DNA from: Chrysomallon squamiferum
Taxonomy: Eukaryota > Animalia > Mollusca
DNA length: 64,000 nucleotides
Assembly (NCBI GenBank): GCA_012295275.1
Contig: CM022672.1
Coordinates: forward strand, 9,486,001-9,550,000
Reading direction: 5' to 3'
Positions 55,901 to 64,000 of the stretch are shown here, in pieces. Position 1 is the stretch's first letter, and each line of letters starts with the position of its first letter. A program made the translations under genes and the position numbers. Below the pieces are notes generated by a model that saw only the letters and a program-made list of their open reading frames with translations, was not told the DNA's origin and ran no database searches.

Positions 55901-58900
55901 TCAGATAACATGGGGCCAGGGGGAACAGTCACCAGGTGAGAACTAGGAAAATAAAAAAATATATATGTATATATATTTCTAAGTATCTACTATATCCAAT
56001 TCAGAAATAAATTTATTTATTAAATATTCACATCTAACTTCAGTGTTGTTGTGTATATTCATTACACTACCACTTAATTTTAATAAGCAAAATGTTGGAA
56101 ACCATCAACTAGTGGTAGCTTACCTAGATCCATCTTTGCCATTGACTGTGTTTATGAATGCCGTCAGTTTGTCAGTATTAATAGTCTAAAAAATATAACA
56201 GTATGTTAAAATATTTATGTACAGAACCTAATTAAGTAATAAAAAACTTTAAAAAAAGGAAAGACAAAATAAATAAAACATGTTTTTAAACCAGTTCCAA
56301 AATTTCCTTATTTAGAATTTAAAAAAAAAAACAGAAGAAAAAAAAAAGATGATGAAGAAGAAAGATACAGAAGAAAGCAGAAACTGTAGAAATATTTTAA
56401 TAAAAATACATTTATAATTGGGAAACTCAAACATAGATTAGAATACACTTGAAAGATTTGAATAAACATTCATATTTTTTGTCATCAGTTATTCAATCAT
56501 ATACTCAAAATTAATAATGCTGACATTTGTTATTACTATTAATTAAAGAAATTATGAAATATATTTGTTACCTCTTCTCCAAAGTTGATTACATCCACAG
56601 ATACTTTCTCTTTCTTCAGTTTCTTGGCAACTTTTATTAGCTGGAAATGGACAATTAATTAAATGTTAATTAACAAGTACACTGTTTAACAACGTATTGC
56701 ATATTTTGGGGGGTTTTTTAAAGTGGCAAATATCAAATTCAAATCAGATATTTGGTACTGATATGACAGTTTATATTATATATATATTTAACAATCTAAG
56801 TTCTAAAAAAGTGTGATAGTGTCACATTTAACTCAGAGCAGTGGCTTGCTAGTAATGTTAAGAAATGTGACATACTTCTTTATCATCATCGTCCACTGGG
56901 CTCCCAACAAACACAACAATCTTCAGTTTGTGATTACGTCCTTGTCTGTGTTTAAGAGCCAACTGTAAAACAGTTTTAGACATTAAAGAATACAAATACT
57001 CAAAAACTTCAACAGTACTATATTTGTACAGATGTTTTACTTAGATATGTATCTTAAAAAAATAACAGTAAGATCAGTTAAAAGAAAGATGAAAATAAAA
57101 ATGCTTTGATCCTCATATATATATGAAATTATTTACAGTTTTGATCTGTTAACTCAGCAGAAACTATATAAAAAAAAAAACAGGTAGTTAGTTCAACAAC
57201 AAAACAACATTTGAAATGAATCAAATGAAATGACAAAGGTATGACTTTTATTTACTGGAAGGAACAAAAAAGATTATCATTTGTAAAATATATGCATTGA
57301 TTAATTGTTATTAATTTGGAAATGCCATAATAGTGGTGAAATGTTTTTCTTAACTGAAGTCAAATTTTCTCTAAATCAAACCATAAAAAATGAGTTCATA
57401 CTCATAAATATTAAAACAATGAGGTTTGAAAATTCTTGGAATAAGGTGTTCTAAGATTACAAAAACAGAATACAAACTGAAATTAAATAAAAAAGATTTC
57501 ATACATCACTTTAAGTGTATGTCATTTAACTTTTTGAACTTTTTGAAAGTCTAAGGATAAAATATGTTCTAACTATATAAACTATATAGACTTACATGAG
57601 CTACTCTAACAGCTGTAATAAAACTGATAACTCCTTTTGGCTGCACCTGATGCAGTCGAGCTAGAATGCGACCCACGTCCGTGGTCAAGGTAACAAGTAC
57701 TTCAACACTGAAAAGGAAACAAAATGATTAGTTGCATTATTTACAGATGTCTATTATACATATTAATTCAATTCAAGAATTAATATATATATATATAATT
57801 CAATAAATATTAGACTGTGTGTGTGCGTGGAACTGAAAGAGAAAATGCTCAAGTTATCATGATTATTATTATAAGAAAAAAAAAAGGATGTTTCATTTAA
57901 TGTACTGATGTCTGCCAAACTAAAAATAACATTTTAGTGATATTAACTATATGTTACTGAGAGAAATAAGTACACAACAAATATAAAATAAAGACTTAGT
58001 GTGTATTACTAAAAAATCATTAAAAAAATCATTTTATTGTTAACTTTATTCATTTAGAAATGATATACTTAGGATTACCAATAAAATAAAAAAATGTATT
58101 AAAAATGTATTAAATACTACACATCAGAACAAAATAGTTCTCAAATAACTATAATTGTTTGAAGTTTCTTAAACGAACACTGTTTTTAAGATCAAAACAT
58201 GCAATTAAACACTAAAGAAAAAATATTGAACAATAAATAAAATATTTTATGTAAATAACAAGTACTTTTATCAAAGTAAATATAGTTCCATTCCGAAAAA
58301 GCTACATTTTTTATCAATTCCCCAAATTATAGAACTTCATCTACTCATCATGATCGTATCTTGCCACAACATATAATCATTTCAGGATAAATAAATAAAT
58401 TAATATATTATATTTTAAAGTTATGAAATTTTCTGAATACAAGATAATAAAAAAAATGTGTACACATAGAAACACAGCGTACACTTGATATAAAATAAAA
58501 ACAATACACGATACACAGAATGTACTGAATTTAGAGAAAACACACCTGGACATTTGCAGCAGGCCGACATTGTTTTCTGGGTTAGCTCTCGTCTTTGACA
58601 GACAAACCAGGTTGACTGCATCCTGCTGAGCCTTGTAGTCTTGTCGGTACAAAGTCTCCATTGCGCATGAAATCACTGTTATCAACACTGAAACAACAAA
58701 CACTGACTGATTAATCTTAAGTTAATTAGTTGATCTCTACTCAAAATTGTTTTTCTAATTAAGTAATACTGTATTTATTTACTCACACATATAACTGTAG
58801 CACGCTTACTCATCAGTTATGTTGTTAACATTTCATACTTCATCGTTTGAATGCATCTGTTAAATTTAACTTTTTCGTATTCAAATCATTCTTTTGATTA

Positions 58901-59444
58901 TATATATTAAAGAATGCAGTGAGTTTGCAGTATTTTGTTGAAAGTAATACATTCTTATATGATAAATACAAAATATTTTGGTAAAAAGTGTAATTATATT
59001 TTAATTTTAATTGTCAATGGGTTTGATCATCTAATGTGTACTGATAAACTGGACCATATCAGTTCACTTTCAAGTCTAATTGAAACACTGATAAAATTAA
59101 TCTGTACTGAAACATAACATATGATTAAGTATATCAGGGCATGAAACAATGTAAGATTAAGGATAGTGAGAAAAGTAATTTCAAAAGATAGTTGTTTTTA
59201 TTTAAGTTAAAGCAATCTTATGTTCGACAAAACTTGGGTTACTGCAAAGCAGCCAATGGTAAATCAATTTATAAACACAATCATTACTTAACTGTATAAT
59301 TTTAACATAATATAAAAAAAAAGTAGTTTTGGTTCTAAAATTCACCAAAATACTGATGATTCAATGACTGTATTAAATAACAATAGTGTTATGACTTCTA
59401 GTGGTAAATAAGTAAAAGCCTTATTTGTATGAAAGGTTGTGTGC

Positions 59445-59505
<61 letters not shown>

Positions 59506-60350
59506 TTATATATAATATAAAAAAGAAAGAAAGAAGAAAGCTTTAATTCCACTGCTCATTAAACATTTTATTACCTATTTATTTCTAAGATATACAACAA
59601 GTAAACAGAGAGAAGCACAGTATTTTTGTTTATTTGACTGAAAATGGAGTACATACAAACAGGAACAAAAATCTAAAACTGAGGATGAAATAATATATCC
59701 ATATCGTTGGAAATTTGTATTGAACATCACCACATACACAAAATAAATAATAATTAAGTTTATTAACAGTAAGTTGAGTAACGTTTAAAAGGACATCAAA
59801 ATTTATTAAACTATTATTTGTTGTTTAATTTCGGTTTACTACTAGAATTATTATGGTCTATGGTTACGCATTAATATTTTGTTTGTTTGTTTAAATTACT
59901 CTTCCTTTTCAAAAGGATCAGTGTTTACTTTAAAGTGTACTGTTATACCAGACAGTTCCAAATTATGGTACTTAGTAAACTGTAAAGTAGTATGGTTTCT
60001 GAAGCACACAATGACTGAACGAATTTATCTATTTGTCTTTCATAATAGAAGGTGTAAATTGACCTTTTCTTTGCTTTCAGTTAATATATCTGCTACAACA
60101 TAGGTATGAAATACATTTCCGTCGTTACGTCAAGCAATTTCTAGAAAAATGCATCGTCATTAGTTGACAAACGTGATTTGAAGGCAAATATATCTTTTCA
60201 TCTATTTGTTTCGTTCTTCTACACCTTACTGTATTATTTTGGGATGTATATAAACACTAAATGTATCAGTTCGAGAACGAATAATATAGATAATTCGAAA
60301 TAAATAAAGAAAATCTATACAAACCAAACGATTGTACTTTCCAGCACCAT
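52789..60350 (-). CDS. PSMD4: 26S proteasome non-ATPase regulatory subunit 4 (Rpn10/S5a); 11 coding exons, 392 aa after removing one extra base in exon 2
   Basis: Spliced translation [27 protein letters not shown][+1][54 protein letters not shown]...[27 protein letters not shown]...[17 protein letters not shown]...[10 protein letters not shown]...[29 protein letters not shown]...[15 protein letters not shown]...[17 protein letters not shown]. This gives a vWA domain, UIMs and the conserved C-terminal helix region. Exon lengths sum to 1180 nt = 393 codons + 1. All introns are GT-AG with matching phases. Confidence 0.97.
53464..53549 (-). CDS. PSMD4: PSMD4 exon 10 ([29 protein letters not shown])
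   Basis: attttcag|AG TCA...CCG|gtaaaa; 86 nt. Its phases bridge exon 9 (phase 1) and exon 11 (phase 0). Confidence 0.88.
53756..53908 (-). CDS. PSMD4: PSMD4 exon 9 ([51 protein letters not shown])
   Basis: ttttatag|TT GGC...CCA G|gtcagt; 153 nt. Confidence 0.93.
54327..54426 (-). CDS. PSMD4: PSMD4 exon 8 ([33 protein letters not shown])
   Basis: tttatttag|GCT CTG...GAA G|gtgaac; 100 nt. Confidence 0.92.
54421..54955. repeat. ~92-bp tandem repeat (about 6 copies) containing the PSMD4 exon-8 acceptor
   Basis: Unit gagcctaaataaa(a/g)acaacaatcttt...aaatcattcta...agaattcaacaatac starts at 54423, 54515, 54608, 54698, 54795 and ~54886. Confidence 0.9.
55052..55195. repeat. ~69-bp tandem duplication in PSMD4 intron 7
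   Basis: aagatactgttatttatttctgacccatc(t/c)aattcaagggagat...actaagcatttt occurs twice. Confidence 0.85.
55789..55942 (-). CDS. PSMD4: PSMD4 exon 7 ([51 protein letters not shown])
   Basis: tttcctag|T TCT CAC...GCC TTG|gtaaaa; 154 nt. Confidence 0.95.
56124..56185 (-). CDS. PSMD4: PSMD4 exon 6 ([21 protein letters not shown])
   Basis: ttttag|ACT...TCT AG|gtaagc; 62 nt. Confidence 0.95.
56572..56640 (-). CDS. PSMD4: PSMD4 exon 5 ([23 protein letters not shown])
   Basis: tttccag|CTA...GAG|gtaac; 69 nt. Confidence 0.95.
56876..56962 (-). CDS. PSMD4: PSMD4 exon 4 ([29 protein letters not shown])
   Basis: ttttacag|TTG...GAA|gtatgt; 87 nt. Confidence 0.95.
57596..57707 (-). CDS. PSMD4: PSMD4 exon 3 ([37 protein letters not shown])
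   Basis: cttttcag|T GTT GAA...GCT CAT|gtaagt; 112 nt. Confidence 0.95.
58546..58687 (-). CDS. PSMD4: PSMD4 exon 2 ([18 protein letters not shown] / [28 protein letters not shown]), contains a 1-nt frameshift
   Basis: tttcag|TGTTGAT...TCCAG|gtgtgt; 142 nt where 141 keeps frame. Confidence 0.93.
59450..59502. repeat. (AT)n microsatellite in PSMD4 intron 1
   Basis: Direct observation. Confidence 0.95.
60145..60160 (-). promoter_or_regulatory. ARE / CNC-sMaf binding element in PSMD4 intron 1
   Basis: Minus strand ATGACGATGCATTTTT fits RTGACnnnGCA plus an AT-rich flank; about 165 nt downstream of exon 1. Confidence 0.5.
60325..60350 (-). CDS. PSMD4: PSMD4 coding exon 1 (MVLESTIV-C)
   Basis: aaaATG GTG CTG GAA AGT ACA ATC GTT TG|gtttgt; 26 nt, phase 2. 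Confidence 0.92.
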
Positions 60351-60720
60351 TTTGGATTTGCTGTTCGTGAATTCCTTTATTTTTTCTGAGAGAACCCTGT
60401 TAATTCTGATAATTTATCTTTATAGTGCTAAATAATAAATAATAACAAAAGCACTTTTTAATCAATGGTGTATTAACTGACAATTAAAAATATATTATTA
60501 TTATTTATAAAAGGTAAAAATTTAAAAAAGTGGAATTTAACCTCGCTCCAAACAAAATATGTTCATTCCTTGTTGGATGTAAAGTGTACTCCTTTATTTT
60601 TATTTTTTTTTATTTATTTATTTACTGACAGTAGTAGTAGTAGTAGTAGCATTGGATAACACCTTTATGCATCGATCTGTGAGAAAATAAGGTAGATCTG
60701 CAGGCACATGTAAAATGATA

Positions 60721-60736
60721 ATTTTGGCATACTCAT
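60721..60736 (-). promoter_or_regulatory. Second ARE-like element upstream of PSMD4
   Basis: Minus strand ATGAGTATGCCAAAAT fits RTGAGnnnGC; about 380 nt upstream of the ATG. Confidence 0.35.
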
Positions 60737-61347
60737 GAACTAAATTGCTTTCAACTTCAAATCTCAAAATAATATAGAAATAATTAATATTTTAAAGAGT
60801 ATATGTACTGGTATTTACAAATAAGTCAAAAGCACTATATGCTTCAGTTTATTTCACACAAGCTACCAGTTTTATAATTTAATAAATTACTTTGATAATA
60901 ACACTAATAACAACGAGCTATAACAACAACAGCAGCAGCAACAATAACAACAATTATAATGATATTAATTATTATAGCCACAGCAACAGAAGTAACACAA
61001 GCACTAGCACCAACCCCAGCAACAACATTAATAATAAAATCCAGCAACAAAACGTACAGATTAGATAATCTATGACTCGGTAGTATATCACGGTATGTAA
61101 TGACGTCAAAATGTCAGTCAACCAAGCAACTAATGTTAATTCAGCTGTCACGTTGTTATATTTCATTAATCTAACAATTAATTAGTGCCAGTCTTATTAG
61201 GTAACTGTTTCAAACTGTTTCAAATTTCAACAAATAAATAAATAAATAAATAAATAAATAAACAAATAATAATAATAATAATAATAATAATATTTGACTT
61301 GCCATGGGATTATATATATATATAAAATTAATTTATTAATATTATTA

Positions 61348-61378
<31 letters not shown>

Positions 61379-64000
61379 ATATTTTAAAAAATTATTCCTA
61401 GTAATTATTAACTGCGATGGCCTTGGATTTTCAGAAATGTAGAGGTCTATCCTTGTGTTGGATGTAATTATTTTTTCACAACAAAACGAGTTTCATTGTT
61501 ACAAAGCAGATTGTCAGTCGGTCAAGAACATGGAATAATAATAATGATATTATTATTATTATTATTTATTATTATTATTATAAAGAGAAAGAGAAATAAT
61601 TCCTTGGCATGTCAAACGTGAGACCTGCAGTGTAATTACGTAGAGCGCCAAGAAACAACATGCTAATTCTAGTTAATATAGTTATGTCACACACTAAGTA
61701 TTTTATATAATTATGTGGTAAGTCAAAACATCCTGGTTTATACCTGCATTTATGTATGTCTTTATAAATAATGTGATAATAATTCAGGCTTTTTCACACT
61801 GACAATAATCGCCTCAAAACTGCATAAAATGTTTATGAGTGTAACGTTTGTGAAGGTGAAATGAGTTCTGTAATAACGTCGTCGGTCGGTAGAGAAAATA
61901 ATAATAATAATAATTATTATTATAGGTTCCTTCCGCGTATAAGAATATATTTCAATAAAATACAGACATTATTATTCAAATATCATGGCCGTAGCTATAC
62001 TGAGGAAAATGAGACAAATGCCTCATACGGAAATACACAATTTTTTAATTTTTTTACTTTAATTTTTTACTTTTATTTTATTTAATTTTTTTTTTTTTTC
62101 ATTTCTAATACATTTTATTTTTATTCATTTATTTAAATTTTGTTTTTAATATATCATTTTGATAATAAAAGATCCATTATTCTACTTATAACGTTTAAAC
62201 GAGCCACTAACACGGAAAGGTAAATCTATTACATCGCATTTATTTTAATAATGTTCGCGCATAAATGGATGCAAATAAAACTACTTTTCTTACTACGGTA
62301 ATTCTGTTACCATCTGTCGCCATCTGTATGCGTTTTACATGCATCAAACGTAACTCAGTCTATCTCTTTTATTATACTCTTTTTAATTTCAGAATGGAAT
62401 TCATGTGTCAGACAAAACCGTTCAAGGTCTCGTGCTTGATTTCCACTGTTTTATTATTATTAGTAGTAGTAGTAGTAGTAGTAGTATGATTATTATTATT
62501 ATTATTATTATTATTACAGCTTCTACTGCCTATTACTACTACTACTAATACTACTGTTCCTGCTACAATTACTACTACTACTACAACAACAACTACTATT
62601 TCAGTTTATTTACTTTATATATTTTTTCTTTGTTTTTGTCTTTATGTTTATTACTTTGTTTTAATTTGTGTTTGTTGTTTGTCTGTCTGTTTGTTTTGCA
62701 ATACATATTATCCGGTGCATATGCCATATAAGCTAATGTCTTGTTTCTCTTTATTTATTTTGTATCTTTATTTCTTCATGCACTTTATATGGTTTTATAA
62801 TACAAATAATAATAACAGGAAATTAATATTATCCTAGTGATAAAGGGTATCTGATTTCATTCACAAACATGTTTACGTTGCCGATTCCCCAAAAGTTAAT
62901 ACAAGTTTTCCATTTTAGTTCATAACGTGGAGAAAACATTTTTGACAAATATCCAATTCCGTTTTTTTTAGTCGCTATTGGCTACCTAATATAATATATA
63001 TGAAATAGAAATTACAGAAATAAGTCAAAATAGTTAAAAATAGCTAAAATAAATATATGTTGTTGTTGTTGTTATTTAAATAATAATAACAACAATAACA
63101 ACAACAACAACAATAGCAATGATTATGACGATAATGAATAAATGAATTAGAAAGAAAGAAACGAGGGAGGAAGGTAAGAAAATGTAAAGATTATAGCAGA
63201 GTCGATAATAGAGAAACTGTGACGTCACGTACAGATGATTGTTTCTCAAGACGATAAAGCGCCGACATTAATGTTAAGGTCGGTCTTACAGGAATATTTG
63301 CAGTGCACGTTAATCAAACATGTTACACTGGTACAGCTGACACGCCGCATGACTCTCTGCGTCAGTAGCAAAACACACAGAAAGGAAAAAGCGCACGCGG
63401 CTTAACTACGTTTCATTCAATGGCGTCTTAACTTGACTGTATTGATCGATGCGCTGTGCTGTCGAATTGGCCTATTAGATCTGTGTGTTTTCTGCTTTTA
63501 GCCGATTCTGTACGAACATCCTCTCTACAAAAACGGAAGCGATGGTTTCAACACGATTACATCATCAAAACACACTGTAAGTGTTTACAGCCTGGCCACG
63601 TGTACAGAAATCTCAGACGACGACGTCTGTGGAAGTCGTGATACTTGGACACATACTGGAAAAAGAAACAATAAAAATACACTGAACTATCGTTTGTCGA
63701 AGATTATCTATTGATAGAACGTGTATGGCATATTCGAGCATTCGTAGTAGGTGGGATTCAATACGGACTACGTGTATCTACTGTAATCCGCAAAAGGTTT
63801 TTTATTTTTTTCATTCATTCATTCAAAAATCCACGGCGCGTCAACTGCATGTTCTGAGGACGTTTCTTACAGAGAGGCCCTTATTGGGATACTGGGCACG
63901 TCGGTTTCACTCTACTGATTTATAATACTAATATATATATATAAGCATCTAGGAACAGACATTATTGTTAGTCTTATCACAAACGTTGCATCATCGTTAC

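Noticed and set aside
58377-58703. 108-aa ORF as an independent gene
   Set aside because: It is the post-frameshift half of PSMD4 exon 2 read through into intron sequence.
52789-60350. Calling PSMD4 a pseudogene
   Set aside because: Only one lesion; all other exons, splice signals and conserved residues are intact.

Overview
AT-rich, microsatellite-dense eukaryotic (metazoan, probably invertebrate, possibly molluscan; inferred) genomic DNA with two convergent protein-coding genes. (1) A class A neuropeptide GPCR of the short-NPF / prolactin-releasing-peptide receptor family, with an intronless CDS (+, 3046-4290). (2) An 11-coding-exon PSMD4/Rpn10 gene encoding the 26S proteasome ubiquitin receptor (-, 60350-52789), reconstructed by hand with GT-AG boundaries at every intron. 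As assembled, PSMD4 exon 2 has one extra base (CTA CAA G GCT) that frameshifts an otherwise intact gene; a collapsed CAA/CAG allele pair or consensus error is the most likely cause. The exon-8 splice acceptor is tandemly repeated about six times, and two CNC-sMaf (ARE)-type motifs flank exon 1. The ~48 kb between the genes has no recognisable coding sequence: simple repeats alternate with short CpG-rich unique islands that look like cis-regulatory elements. I found no convincing RNA genes, intact transposons or CRISPR arrays, and no clearly novel multi-gene system.
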